A stretch of DNA of 63,692 nt, counting the filler, from Octopus bimaculoides (taxonomy: Eukaryota): the NCBI RefSeq assembly GCF_001194135.2. It is 5 parts of 5 records of this genome, joined end to end, with 100 filler letters (N's around TTAATTAATTAA, not from the genome) between each part and the next. Parts side by side here need not be neighbours in the genome. Positions count along the whole stretch, not along the records: positions 35,962 to 55,806 come from NC_068998.1; positions 55,907 to 62,189 come from NC_068985.1; 3 more parts are not named here. One strand, written 5' to 3'. The first letter of the stretch is position 1. Each line of letters begins with the position of its first letter. A model generated the notes under the pieces. That model was given only the letters and a program-made list of their open reading frames with translations, did not search any database and had not been told where the DNA came from. The position numbers and the translations under genes were made by a program. Below are positions 48,510 to 62,289 of this stretch, piece after piece.

Positions 48510-48927
48510 CCCTTTAGCATTTAATCCAGCCATATCCAGCCCAAATATTCCTTTCTACTGTAGACACAAGGCCTGAAATTTTTTGGGAGGGGGCCAGTCG
48601 TTTAGATTGACTCCAATATACAACTGGTACTTAATTTATTGAACCCGAAAGAATGAAAGGCAAAGTCGACCTCGGCAGAATTTGAACTCAGAACGTGAAG
48701 ACAGACAAAATACAACTAAGGATTTCACCTTACCAGCCCAAATATTCTACCTATTTGATGTTAAAACTGACCAGATCTAGCCTTTCACACCTACCCTACA
48801 ATGTCATTCTAAAAGTATGCAAACACATCATTGACATCTTGAAGCTATAAGATAATGCATGATTAATTCAAAACAATGTGAGTAAATAAGCAATACATTT
48901 GACAAAAATATTTGAATGCTGAAGAGG
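48510..48927. mobile_element. TTAA-MITE family copy interrupted by a family D SINE (48551-48732, minus strand)
   Basis: CCCTTTAGCATT start; 15-bp TSD CCAGCCCAAATATTC at 48536-48550 and 48733-48747. Confidence 0.75.
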
Positions 48928-51329
48928 TAAAGAACCTGGTTTGTTGTATAAGACTGCTATCTGATGTCAAGGGCTACTCTCAGAAATCTCTAAATGACTT
49001 GACAATTTTTTAGTATTGTCTCTTGAAAGTAAATAAAAAAATTAGGTATTTAAGTTAAACTACTTAGCTAGCTGTTGTTTGTTGAAATATACTTATAAGA
49101 TGGTGATTAAAGTGTCGACTGGTTATGAAAATTATACACAGGAATGGACTTTTATACCTAATATTTTTTATTCACTTATTTGAGTGAAATTTTTGGTTGA
49201 AAGAAACAACAGTAAAATTTAATAGTTTTGACTTCAAGTTAATGCAATGTTTTCTTATATTGTATGTTGTGAAATTTGAATTCTTTCAACACAATTGATA
49301 AATCACTTCTTTGAAAATCAGTTTTGTAAAAATGTTTAGCATACCAACTCATGAGGTTGAATTGCTTTTTATAGTAAATAGGTCATCATAGTTTTACAAG
49401 TGTTTTTAAACAAGTGGAGTAATTTCTTTGTGTTCTGAAGTTTTGAATTAAACATCAATTTGTGAATTTCAGGTTAAATTCACAACTACCATCTACAAAA
49501 AAGAAAAAAAGTATGACAACTATGTCACAAAATCTGAACCTAATTTGATGTTATCTGAATATTCACTGAAAGACACAGTTAATAAAACCAGGTGTGTTCT
49601 CAATTTATACTGTGAAAACTATTTTGGTGAAAATGTTTTATGTTGTAATTATCTGACACAGATTAAATAAAAAATTTACCAGCATACCTTGCATGGAAAG
49701 ATAAAAGAGAAAACAATTAAGTCAAACACTGTTACTATCGTTAATAGCTAATTTATTTGTAGCCTGCCGGTTTTTTGTGACATCACTGGTTGTTTGGCCA
49801 TTATTGTACAATATCAGTTTGACTGAGTTTCATTCTGGCATTTAGAGCAAGGCAGGCTGCTGCTGATGATTCACAGAAACAGTGAAATCATCTGATACAT
49901 TAGTAACATCCACTAATGCAGATGATCATTTTGTCAGCCGATATGGTCAGTGTTTAATTAGCACATGTCATCAGCATGAGCCAGTATCTCTGAATGATAA
50001 TAGTAGTTTAAGGTGATGTAAACAATATGTCCAATTTATGTTGGATTTGCTAATTATTATTTGTTACAAACTCTGCTATGGTCACCAATCCAGCTTTTCA
50101 TGATTGGATATGGGCAATTATTATACTATATCAGTTCAACTGATTTTTATTCTGACATTTGGTGTGAGATAGGCCGTCACTGACGATCTGCAAAAATGGT
50201 GAAATTAAGTGATAAGGTAGTGTCATCCACCAGTGCAGACAAGCATTTTGTCAGCCAATTAGTACATGCCATTAACATGAGGTATTATCTCTGGATATTA
50301 ACCATACTTTAAGGTGATGTAAACAACAAATCTAAATTAAATTGGATGTGCTAATTATTAATAAAGTCAAAATTAAGAAAAAAAATATTGAAAAATTTTG
50401 TTTATCTGCTTTCTTAGTCATATATATGTATAGCAAAATCATGAATAATGTATTCTTCAAGGCATTGAAAGCATTAGAATGGATTTTTGAAGTATTGAAC
50501 TTTTATTTTTACAAAACCATTGATTCACTGATATGTATCTTTTAATATCCATAACGGCAGAGCAATGAGGCTGCCCTATTCCCTAGCAGAAGCTGATGTG
50601 GCATAATCACAGACAAAGTGAACTGCTAATCAAAAGTCAACATGGGTAAACAAGTGGTTAACGAAACTGAGAGAGAGAGAGAGAGGGTCCAGAATTAGGG
50701 CTGGTCGAAGACAAAACATGAAGCGATGGAATTTTCGAGATTTAGAGCAAGAGTAAACGATTGAACGACTGGAATTCTTAACTTTACCATAACATACCGG
50801 TAAATGAATAGCAATAATACTTATTATAAAGAGTGCTTTCGAGTGAAACAGAACTGAACATGGCATTCTTAACTTTATAGCTATAACCTATAGTATGTAG
50901 TTAGCCAAACTGTGACAAAAATAAATAAATAAATGAATGGACAACAATAATAATAATTTTTAGAATGAGCGTTAAAGTGAGAGAGAATTGAATTGGACAT
51001 AGGGTTTCTTAAGTTTACTATAACATACGACATGGAATAGACGAAACTGTGTGGGTACATAGATAATTAATGAATAATAATAGTAATTGTAATTTGCGCT
51101 GTAAAATGAGGTTTAGATGTGTGCTAGGTTGGAAACGAGAGTTGCTTATCTGAACATTTTCGGATGCGGTCTACCACGTTGTCAAATTGTATAGCCTGAG
51201 TTATCTACCTTAAACGTTCAGTTTGTGAAGGAAACTAATTTTTCCATTATACGGACATTAACAAATTAAACTGCTTGCTGAGCCTGAGTGAGATTTTAGA
51301 ACTAATATTTTTCTTTGTCATGGATATAC

Positions 51330-51845
51330 CCATGACCACAGGCAATGACTCTAACAGGAAAACCTAAAAATACAATAACTGATTGGTACAATATGTGCTG
51401 CGAGGTATGTGGAGCCATAGCTTATCATGTACGACGAGGGGAGATGGTTGGAACAAACGATAACCCCATTCAGATCGACGAAGCAAGATTTGCTGGTCGA
51501 CGAAAATACAATTGTGGAAGAATACTGAATGGCAACAACGCTCCTCTCTTCCAAGACAGTGATGCAGAACGAAACAACAGGAGCCATGGACGTAGGATTG
51601 ATCGGCCGTGGGTTTTTAGTCTCAAACAAAGCTCAGACTGTCGATACTTTTGTGTGGAAGGAAATGTGAAAAAGGTTCACTAATTCATTCAGATGAGTGG
51701 CCCGCTTATAATAATTTAAATGCTATAGGTTATCACCGTCTAACAGTGAACCATCAACGACATTATGTGGATTCAGTGACCGGAGCACACACTCAAGCCA
51801 TTGAGTGATCATAGTTAGATGCTAAAACTATGATTCTGAAAAAAA
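51330..51845 (+). mobile_element. Merlin (ISXO2/IS1016-like) DDE transposase remnant
   Basis: QIDEARFAGRRKYNCGR...PWVFS, then after a frameshift IHSDEWPAYNNLNAIGYHRLTVNH...TGAHTQAIE*. Confidence 0.85.
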
Positions 51846-51860
51846 AAAAAAAAATGATAT

Positions 51861-52246
51861 AGGCGCAGGAATGGCTGTGTGGTAAGTAGCTTGCTTACCA
51901 ACCACATGGTTCCGGGTTCATTCCCACTGCGTAGCACCTTGGGCAAGTGTCTTCTACTATAGCCTCGGGCCGACCAAAGCCTTGTGAGTGGATTTGGTAG
52001 ACGGAAACTGAAAGAAACNNNNNNNNNNGTGTGTGTATATGTTTGTGTCTGTGTTTGTTCTCCCCCCCCAACATCGCTTGACAACCGATGCTGGTGTGTT
52101 TACGTCCCCGTAACTTAGCGGTTCGGCAAAGAGATCGATAGAATAAGTACTAGGCTTCTAGAGAATAAGTCCTGGGGTCGATTTGCTCGACTAAAAGGCG
52201 GTGCTCCAGCATGGCCGCAATCAAATGACTGAAACAAGTAAAAGAG
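51861..52246 (+). mobile_element. SINE family A inserted at an A-tract in the Merlin remnant
   Basis: Near-consensus full copy. Confidence 0.9.
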
Positions 52247-52844
52247 AGATCTCTGAAATATCTGAAGCTTTTTAACCTCTGAAATATCTGAAAGATAAGG
52301 TAGATAACCCTGTTTAACATACTATACTAGCACCCATTTTTCTTGTTTTGACTTCTACTTCGTGAAGCAAGGTTGTAAATATGAGGTAGGGAATCTGAAT
52401 GAAGCTAATTTAGATAGGGTTGGGTGGGGGAAGCGGAAGTAATATCCTCGCTTTAGCCAAAGAACGGCGAATGGCAGAGCACTGAGGCTGCCCTATTCCC
52501 TAGCAGAAGCCGATGTGGCATAACCACAGACAAAGCGAGCTACTAATCAACAGTCGACGAGGAACAAGTACTTTATTCAGTTAATTCCTTTTAATACAGT
52601 TTGCCACAAGTAACGCTTGCCCTGGATTTTCCCTGGGTGTCCATTCGTTTAATAGATATTAATTACTCAGTAACAAATTTTATTATTTCTTTATACTTTT
52701 CTTTCTTCTAGTAATAGAGTTATTTCCCTTTAGTCTGTCTGTCTCTGTCCGTCTCTCGCTCTCTCTCTGTCTCTCTCTCTCCTTTTAATTAGTTTTTTGG
52801 ACTAGAGATTAATGTCCAATATTAAACCTAAGAAAAAGGCAGGG

Positions 52845-53010
52845 TGCTGGCAGAGTCGTTAGCACACCAGGTAAAATGCTTAGTGGTATTTGTTCCATCT
52901 TCGTGTTCTGAGTTCAAATTCTGCCGAGGTCAACTTTGCCTTTCATTCAGCATCAATAAAATAAGTACCAGTTTAGCACTGGGGTTGATGTAATCGACTT
53001 AACCCTTTCT
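52845..53010 (+). mobile_element. SINE family D
   Basis: GCTGGCAGAGTCGTTAGCACACCAGG...GAGTTCAAATTCTGCCGAGGTCAACTTTGCC. Confidence 0.8.
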
Positions 53011-54179
53011 CAAAATTGCTCAATGTAATATCAGTCCAGGTATGGATTTTGTTATGCAGCCAAAATATTTGAAACCACTATTAAATCTAAGAAAAAAATT
53101 AGGTTAAGTGACAACCAAAATTCCTTGATGTATTTAGTTACATACTTTCAGTTTTGTGATCAAACCTCACCAAAGATGACATTGTCATTATTCTGCCAGG
53201 AATTAATTCAATATTTAGTAGTAATATATCAGGGTTAATTGACCATATGTTGTAAGATGCTCAAAGCAGAAGGAATTTATGCGAGAGGGAGACATGGACG
53301 AAATACTGAAGACTTGATCTAAGGATACTGACTGAGATCACTGGCAAAATGCTTGCCTAGTTGTGCAAGCATAGTAAAACAAAAGTTAAAAACTTCGTGC
53401 GACAGGAAGCTGTGAGGCATCTAGATTTGGGTTACTCTTCCAGTAGTCTCCCTTACATCCTTGATTCCTTCACATCTTCCTCTATCACTTCCTCTTTCTT
53501 CTGTTCACCGTAGAAGGCTGTAAAAGTGTCAATAAGAATGGCAGTGCATCTCTCTTATTCATTGTACCAGTATCCTCGAATCCGAGTGTATATATTTGTG
53601 TGACTAGCCTACTAGCTAAACTATAACATTTAAAATTAAACCAACACTTATATATTCATTATACCGTTATCCCATAGGACAGATAATGAAAATTAGCTTA
53701 TTTTTAAAGATCTATATATATGATGACGATTTAGCGAGCTGAAACTTCGAAGTCACTGGCATATTTCTTCACAGGCACTCTAATTTCATCAAAATGTGGT
53801 TCATATATTCTGCTGCTTAATGTCATGCAATATCAATAACAACTGCAACAATTCAACCCCAAATACAAGTCAGTATGTAGTCATTAAATATGTAAAAGTT
53901 AACTACCGAAATTCCCTCAAATTTCATGCTACCATCTTCTAAAAGAACCCAGTTCACATTGAAAACATATATTATGTTAACAAAAATGAAGGATTTATGA
54001 TTAGATTTTTTTTATATAATAGTGGTAGCTATTCTCTTTCTAGTAAGACACTTCTTCCTTTCCCTCTCATACTGTAATCGTTTATTACCTGGAATAAAGC
54101 CATCCTTCTCAATACTACAGCTCCTCAGTTGAGGGGGTCTTGCCTTGTGAGTTTCTTGATGACTTCACTAGTATCTGTG

Positions 54180-54370
54180 CAATGTATAACGCACCCAATG
54201 CACTCTGTAAAATGGTTGGTATGAGGAAGGGTGTATAGCTATAAAAATTATGCCAAAAGTAGACATTGGCACTTGGTGCTGTTGTCTGGCTTACTGGTTC
54301 CTATCAAACCATCCAGTCCATCCATGCCAGCTTGGGAAACAGATGTTAAATGATAATGTTGATGATGATG
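54180..54370 (+). mobile_element. SINE family C tail, degenerate
   Basis: GGTTGGTATGAGGAAGGG...CATGCCAGC...GTTAAATGATAATG. Confidence 0.6.
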
Positions 54371-55327
54371 ATGTTTACTGAATCAGAGCTTAGCCGAGGG
54401 CGAAATGTAAAATTGCAACTTTGAAACATGCAGTATTTTCCGAAGTGTTTGCTGCTTTATCCAGACACAAAATGTCAGTTTGATGATAGATTAAAATCTT
54501 AGTAAGGTAAAACAGGCCACCAAAGCTAAGGATTCTTGTCACTGTCTCAAGGTAAGGGCTAGTCTAATCCAGTCCTGTTTACTATTCTAGTCGGCAAGAT
54601 GAGGTGGCATTGAGTAGACTAGTGCTTCATTAACATGTAGTTCTGGAATGAACTATATGCAAATGAGACCTGAGTGCTTTGTTTCCTTTTTTCAAGAAGA
54701 CTCATTGAAGAGAACATATGAAATTAGACAAGCAAATATGAAATTAGACAAGCAAATATGAAATTTGATGAGAAAAAAAAAACTGGTTTCAGAGAGGTAT
54801 CACATAAACAAGCACAACAATAGAGACAACAAAAATAAGAGTAAAAAAATAGTTAAATAAAAATATCATTTAATGATAATTCATTGCAAATACAATTTAG
54901 ATAAAAATAAAAATGAAGTACAAATAACTGTGAAACTGCTTACAATTGTATTTTGTTCATAAATTTGTAGTTGCTTTTCATAAAAAAAAAATAATAATTG
55001 AAATTGTTAAATACAATATTTTTTTCTTACATAGGCACAATGCCTCATTGTGGTAGAGGAGAAGGAGGGGACCAATGAGGTTGTGTGGCATTAATATCTT
55101 TCTCAAGAGTATTTTTTTTTTTTAGGGGACATTACGGATGTAAATAAGTTTCCAATGTTCATTGGTAATTACCAGGGAAATATTCAGTAACCGTTTCTTC
55201 TATGGCACCATTTGCCAATTGTCAAAAATCAATATTTGAAATAGTTTATTTACATTTTCTTTCTTTTTGAAATTTAGTAAACATGTAGTATAATTATATA
55301 TCTCCTCAAAACAGTAATGATCTACAG

Positions 55328-55364
<37 letters not shown>

Positions 55365-55366
55365 AG

Positions 55367-55424
<58 letters not shown>

Positions 55425-55749
55425 CATTTATTTATACACATGTATATATTTATAAATACACACACACACACGCACACAAGTCTTGCCGAATACATCATAT
55501 AGTGCAAATATTTTGATATTGAACTCAGTACAAAGGATAGAATTGACTGTTGTATTTATTATATCAAAAGTTTTTTTGCAATAATAAACACATCAATATA
55601 AACACACTTACATACATGCATACGTATGTACAGGCATACATACATACATATATATATTTATGCGTGTGTGTGTATACGTGTGTGTGCGCGTATATAAACA
55701 AGTGTGTGTATACATAGGTTTATATATGCATGTATATGCGTATGTACAC

Positions 55750-55806
<57 letters not shown>

Positions 55807-55906
55807 NNNNNNNNNNNNNNNNNNNNNNNNNNNNNNNNNNNNNNNNNNNNTTAATTAATTAANNNNNNNNNNNNNNNNNNNNNNNNNNNNNNNNNNNNNN
55901 NNNNNN
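55807..55906. other. Artificial scaffold-join linker
   Basis: N44-TTAATTAATTAA (55851-55862)-N44. Confidence 0.95.
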
Positions 55907-55942
55907 TATATATATATATATATGTATATGTATGTATGTATA

Positions 55943-56520
55943 CAGGGTGCGATGAATAAATTGTCTAAATTACGCAGATATATAAATAACACTAACATCT
56001 CATTTTAACAGATATATTTACCAAAATTTCATTAAAATATCTTGAAATATTCCCGCATCTGCTGCAGCTCATCTGGACGGTCTTCTTGTTTGGGTTGGTG
56101 AAGGCTGCAATAATCCTTACCTTCAGTTCATATTTGGTGTTACAAGGAGTTTTGTTGGCCTCTCGCTCAAATGCGCCTCACACATCATAATCAAGGGGGT
56201 TGCAGTTTGGGAAGTTAGGAGGCCAGTTGTTAGGAGCGAGTGGTCGCAGAAATTGTCTGATAGTCACGACTCGGTTCTTCTGGTTGTGTGGCATGGTGTA
56301 GAGTCCTGTTACCAGACACAGGGCCTTCTAGCAGGCACCCTCTTTACCCAGGGCAGCACTACCTCCTCCGGGCACTTGATGTAGTCCTCCGTTTTGAGTC
56401 TGAGGCTGTGTGGGAATATGAATGGAGGCATATCGTCGCCATCAATAGTGATCACTTCAAACAGCTTGATGTTGATTGCATGTTTCATTTTTATCACTCT
56501 CGGTACATATTTTAGGGAGA
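55943..56520 (-). mobile_element. maT (DD37D) Tc1/mariner remnant, 3' half
   Basis: TA|CAGGGTG terminus; minus-strand LRLKTEDYIKCPEEVVLPWVKRVPARRPCVW*QDSTPCHT matches the maT catalytic region. Confidence 0.8.
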
Positions 56521-57429
56521 CGGCAAGCAAGTGGTTGATCTGTGTGTTCACCATCTGTGTGTTCACCATATTATATATATATANNNNNNNNNNNNNNNNN
56601 NNNNNNNNNNNNNNNNNNNNNNNNNNNNNNNNNNNNNNNNNNNNNNNNNNNNNNNNNNNNNNNNNNNNNNNNNNNNNNNNNNNNNNNNNNNNNNNNNNNN
56701 NNNNNNNNNNNNNNNNNNNNNNNNNNNNNNNNNNNNNNNNNNNNNNNNNNNNNNNNNNNNNNNNNNNNNNNNNNNNNNNNNNNNNNNNNNNNNNNNNNNN
56801 NNNNNNNNNNNNNNNNNNNNNNNNNNNNNNNNNNNNNNNNNNNNNNNNNNNNNNNNNNNNNNNNNNNNNNNNNNNNNNNNNNNNNNNNNNNNNNNNNNNN
56901 NNNNNNNNNNNNNNNNNNNNNNNNNNNNNNNNNNNNNNNNNNNNNNNNNNNNNNNNNNNNNNNNNNNNNNNNNNNNNNNNNNNNNNNNNNNNNNNNNNNN
57001 NNNNNNNNNNNNNNNNNNNNNNNNNNNNNNNNNNNNNNNNNNNNNNNNNNNNNNNNNNNNNNNNNNNNNNNNNNNNNNNNNNNNNNNNNNNNNNNNNNNN
57101 NNNNNNNNNNNNNNNNNNNNNNNNNNNNNNNNNNNNNNNNNNNNNNNNNNNNNNNNNNNNNNNNNNNNNNNNNNNNNNNNNNNNNNNNNNNNNNNNNNNN
57201 NNNNNATATATATAAATAATGTACTTGAATGTACATATAATGTGCTTTTATTGTATGTATGGCTGTAGAATATATGTGTGCATCTGTTTTCGTGTATTTG
57301 GGTGTGTTGTCTATGTATATCTATATACACACGCATATATAATGTACTCATCCATACATTTATATACATGCATACAAACATACATACGCATGTACGTATG
57401 TTTGTATGTATCTATGTATGTTTGTGTGT

Positions 57430-57740
57430 CAGGTCGCTCTTGTGTGCTACTGGTAACATGTAATTCATAGTCCAACCTGTTGCATGTTTGGGTCGTCGGC
57501 GACCAAACAGGCAACCCCATGAAGCTTGCTTGTTGAGGAGGCTGATTGTTAGACACCTTGCAGGGCCACCCAACTGTATGTGTACATGTGTATGTGTGCA
57601 CGGAGACGTGGAAAAAACATGGGTGCGGTTGGCCTACTGAGAGTGGGAGGCCCCTCTGTTGCTGTCACAACATCTCTCTAGGAGAGGGAAACTCTGAGAG
57701 AAAACCTGTGAGACTGGCACTATTCGATGAAGTAGACTAG
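57430..57740 (+). mobile_element. RTE-like 5' UTR fragment
   Basis: Homologous to the reverse complement of 17030-17185; continues to GGAGAGGGAAACTCTGA...AAAACC. Confidence 0.5.
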
Positions 57741-58347
57741 TTCTTCTTTTCGAGTTTATGTTGTCCATGATCAGAGAGTGAGATTGGATTTGTGCAACTC
57801 CTTCCCCCACAATAAAAAAAATCACCATGCACAGACATCGCTTGAAAGAAGTAAAACCTGTCACAAAAATGGCTGTCGTAGCCTTCGCATGCGTGGGACT
57901 TTCGATCAGGCGATGGCAATACTCGAACACGAGTTTGCCGCCCTCATGTGTATGTGTGTGTGTATGACAAGAGAGAAAGAATATCAACATATATAGCGAG
58001 CATAGTAATATGTCAAATATATATAAAATCTTACACTTATCTATGTATGCGTGTGTGTGAGTATGTGCATGCATGTGTGTGTGTATGTGTGTGTATGAGT
58101 GCGCGGGCATGCATGGGGGCGAGTGTATATAGACAGGCAGATAGATTGACAAATAAACTTTTGCGGGCTCAGAATGTGTAATGTAGACGTATACATGCAT
58201 ACGCACGTTGTTTTTGATAGCTACAGATGGATAGAGGAATTATGTATGTATATATATATATAACTTTATACACACACACACTCACACACATACATTAATA
58301 TACATGTATATCTATATCAACATGTGTTTAGGATACTTATATATATA

Positions 58348-58388
<41 letters not shown>

Positions 58389-59167
58389 NNNNNNNNNNNN
58401 NNNNNTGTGTGTGTGTGTGTGTATGCATACATATATTTGTATATTTGCACACTTGTGTATTGTTATTCATAGCTCAAAAAATGCGAACGAACTAAGAATT
58501 CCCTCTTCCACTCCCCCCCCCCCCAACACACACATATATATATATTAATATATGTGTATATATAAATATCTATATATTTATGTATTCATATATCTATGTG
58601 CGTGTGCGTGTACAGGTTAGTGCAGCTGTATGATTAAGAAAAATGTTTTACTTGTCATTGTAAAACAAGAGAAGCGTATGATACATTCAAGATTGAAAGT
58701 TTTAAAATAGAATAATAATACAAAAGAAAAAAAAAAAACGAGTAGAAATAAAAACGTAGAACATTCTACAATCAGCTTATTGAATAATGTGTAGAAAAAA
58801 ACAAAGAGAGATACGTATCGAGAGAAATATAGGGGTAAGTGATAGGAGGTAGTGTTTGGTACAATGTAATTTGAGGAATAATAATAATAATAATGTGCTG
58901 TATTTTTCGCTTCAACTTTCATATTTACCTTCTCTCTTACTTTCTTTCATTCCTTTCTTCATTTGTCTCTCGTTTTCTTTTTTATTTCGTTCGCTGTTTT
59001 TCTTTCGTTATTTGCGTTGTTTTGTATGCGTAATCGCTTTTCTGTATGAGGCGTACGTACAGTAATATTTATAGGGATATAGAAATACACGTAACAAGCG
59101 CTCATATATTTGCACGCCGGTGTTTGTCTATACGTGTGGTCTATATATGAACGTATGCACATAATAC

Positions 59168-59209
<42 letters not shown>

Positions 59210-59676
59210 ACACACATACATATTTATATAGAAAAAACATATATATATACATTTATATACATATACATATATGCATGTATGTGTATATATATATAAATAT
59301 TCATATACATACATGTTTAAAAATATACACACACACATATATATNNNNNNNNNNNNNNNNNNNNNNNNNNNNNNNNNNNNNNNNNNNNNNNNNNNNNNNN
59401 NNNNNNNNNNNNNNNNNNNNNNNNNNNNNNNNNNNNNNNNNNNNNNNNNNNNNNNNNNNNNNNNNNNNNNNNNNNNNNNNNNNNNNNNNNNNNNNNNNNN
59501 NNNNNNNNNNNNNNNNNNNNNNNNNNNNNNNNNNNNNNNNNNNNNNNNNNNNNNNNNNNNNNNNNNNNNNNNNNNNNNNNNNNNNNNNNNNNNNNNNNNN
59601 NNNNNNNNNNNNNNNNNNNNNNNNNNNNNNNNNNNNNNNNNNNNNNNNNNNNNNNNNNNNNNNNNNNNNNNNNNNN

Positions 59677-61935
59677 CAGAATTACTCTTTGATGTAATGG
59701 ATGAATTTTTCCTGACGCAGCTAGTGCTCGAACCAACAAGATAGAATGAAACGAACCTGATCTGATATTAACAAACCACTCTAGCTCCATTCATAGCATT
59801 TCAGTTGAAAAGACCCGCCTCTCGGACCATGACATGATACTCTGCAACTTTAATTCCCGGCATATCAAAACCAAACCAGCCAATCCCACTCCACTGCACT
59901 TATTTGACAACATAAACTTCCACAAAGCGGACTGGGGAGCAACCAGAAAGGATCTATCCTTTATCGACTGGGCCTTCACTTTCAGTTCTACTGACATTGA
60001 AACCACATGGAAGCGCTTTGAGGACATTGTCACCAATACATGCTCGAAACATGCTCCTACGAAATTCACTAGCACAAACAGAAACAGGCTCCCTAGAGAG
60101 AAAAAACACTCATCAAGAGCATTAAAATACTTAAAAGAATCAACCAATTAAAGTACTCCCACATACAGCATCCATGTTTAACAACAATGAAAAAGGCTGG
60201 AGTTGGAAAAACGTCATCTGCAGACCAACATGAAAACCTGCATTGAAAATCAAAGAGCTGCAGAGGAACAGTGGGTAGTCAAAAAAGAAAAATAATAATA
60301 ATAAAAGTATTCTGTTCTTATGCAAATAGGCATAAGATTGCTGTTTCACCCGTTGGTCCACTGATCGATGATAACGGCATTCTCCAGCATGATGCTAAAG
60401 AAGTACTGCAGAAAAAATGCTTCTCTGTCTTTAGTGATCCTTCTGATATTGACGTAAGGGATGTGAACGAAGTCGATCCTCAACTTGTAATCTCGGACAT
60501 AATCTTTACTGTTTCAAACGTCATAGCAACAATAAATGAGATCAAATACTATTCTGCTGTAGGTCCTGATAGATTCCCCGCTAGTCTCCTGAAGGAATGT
60601 AGAAACTAACTTGCAGTCCCTCTAACCAACCTCTGGAGGAATTCTTTACACTCAGGTTATATATCGAAACATCTCTTATCCCAGTCTGTCATCCCGGTTT
60701 TCAAACAAGGAAATAGATCTCTCGCAGTCAACTATCGCCTAGTTTCACTTATCTCCTATATCATCACATTGTTTGAAAGGGTGGTGAGATCAAGGATAGC
60801 TGGCTTCCTAGAGAGCCTCAATCTCTTGAATTTGCTGCAGCAGGGACTGTCTAACACAGCTCTTACACCACATCGATGATGTTCTTAAAGCCTTGGAATC
60901 AGGTTCGAACTCTGATGTCATATATCTTGACTTTGGTAAAGCATTCGACAGAGTCGATCACAATATTCTACTATCAAAATTATAAAAACGTAGGAATCCG
61001 TAGAAAACTACTACACTGGATTGAGTATTTCCTGGAGAACAACACAACATGTTGTGATCAGTGGAATCCACTCAAGCCCAGCAAAAGTCACTAGGGGTGT
61101 CCCCCAGGGGACTGTCTTGGGCACGCTTCTATTTATAGTTTAGTTAAACGACATTTCCAGCGTCATAAAACACAGCAAAGTGAAAATATTCGTTGATGAC
61201 TCCAAGTTCCAGAAAATTATCAATGAAGAAGATCGAACTGAACTCCAGTCTGATCTACATGTTGTGAGTCAATGGACAGACAAAAACAAAATGCAACTAA
61301 ACAAAGGTAAAATTGAGCTGATGCACTTTGGAAGAAAGACTATACTAAAACAGCCATACTCTCTTCCTTCAGGGGAACCACTCACAGCATCTAATAATAT
61401 CAGAGACCTAGGAGTAATTGTAGACAACAAAATCAGCTGGAGTGCCCACATCAACAATAAAGTCGATATAGCTCTAGGATGAGCTCCTGGATCCTAAGAA
61501 CATTCCTGTCCAGAGAACAAAGTGCCATCATTCCTCTTTTCTCCTCATTTGTACGGTCACACCTCGAATACTGCTACCCCCTGTGATTTCTCCATACAGA
61601 GCAAAACATTTCGAAAATTGAATCACCCCAGAGGAAATTCACTAAAAGAATAAAGAACATGACTGATCTCGATTATTGGGACCGCCTTAAAGCATTGCAA
61701 CTTTATTCTCTCCAGCGCCGCCATGAGCGATACAACATTTGCACGATGTGGAGAATATACCGCCAGCATTGCTCAGACAACCTCAGCATTAGCTTCAAAA
61801 TTCACGAGCCATACGTCCACTACTCAATTCAGGATCACAACATAAATATACTGCGCCTATACCTGGATACAACTCACACAACATAAACTCTCTACTCGAA
61901 TGGTCCATAATACCACAAAACTCGAATTAAAAAGG
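59677..61935 (+). mobile_element. CR1-like LINE ORF2, degenerate (endonuclease end, RT, C-terminus)
   Basis: GPDRFPASLLKEC, NYRLVSLIS, VIYLDFGKAFDRVDHNILLSKL, GVPQGTVLG, KIFVDDSK, RDLGVIVD, RLKALQLYSLQRR; multiple stops and frameshifts. Confidence 0.92.
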
Positions 61936-61989
61936 ATTTAGCTAATCCTATCGGGTGATGCTATTAAGTTAGACATGGATTGGACTATT

Positions 61990-62119
61990 CCAGTCGTGGT
62001 AGTGTGGTTAGAGGGTTGGTTCCCAAGCATATGGGTTGGCGTCCAGTCCCAGAAAGCCTTGTCAGTGGATTTAGTTGACGGAAACTGAAAGAAACCAGTC
62101 GTATACATACATACATACA

Positions 62120-62189
<70 letters not shown>
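61990..62189 (+). mobile_element. SINE family A head plus (TACA)n(CA)n tract
   Basis: AAAGCCTTGTCAGTGGATTTAGTTGACGGAAACTGAAAGAAACC. Confidence 0.75.
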
Positions 62190-62289
62190 NNNNNNNNNNN
62201 NNNNNNNNNNNNNNNNNNNNNNNNNNNNNNNNNTTAATTAATTAANNNNNNNNNNNNNNNNNNNNNNNNNNNNNNNNNNNNNNNNNNNN
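62190..62289. other. Artificial scaffold-join linker
   Basis: N44-TTAATTAATTAA (62234-62245)-N44. Confidence 0.95.

Noticed and set aside
49862-49900. TGATGA...CTGA as a C/D snoRNA
   Set aside because: Only about 35 nt between boxes and not conserved in the duplicate copy.
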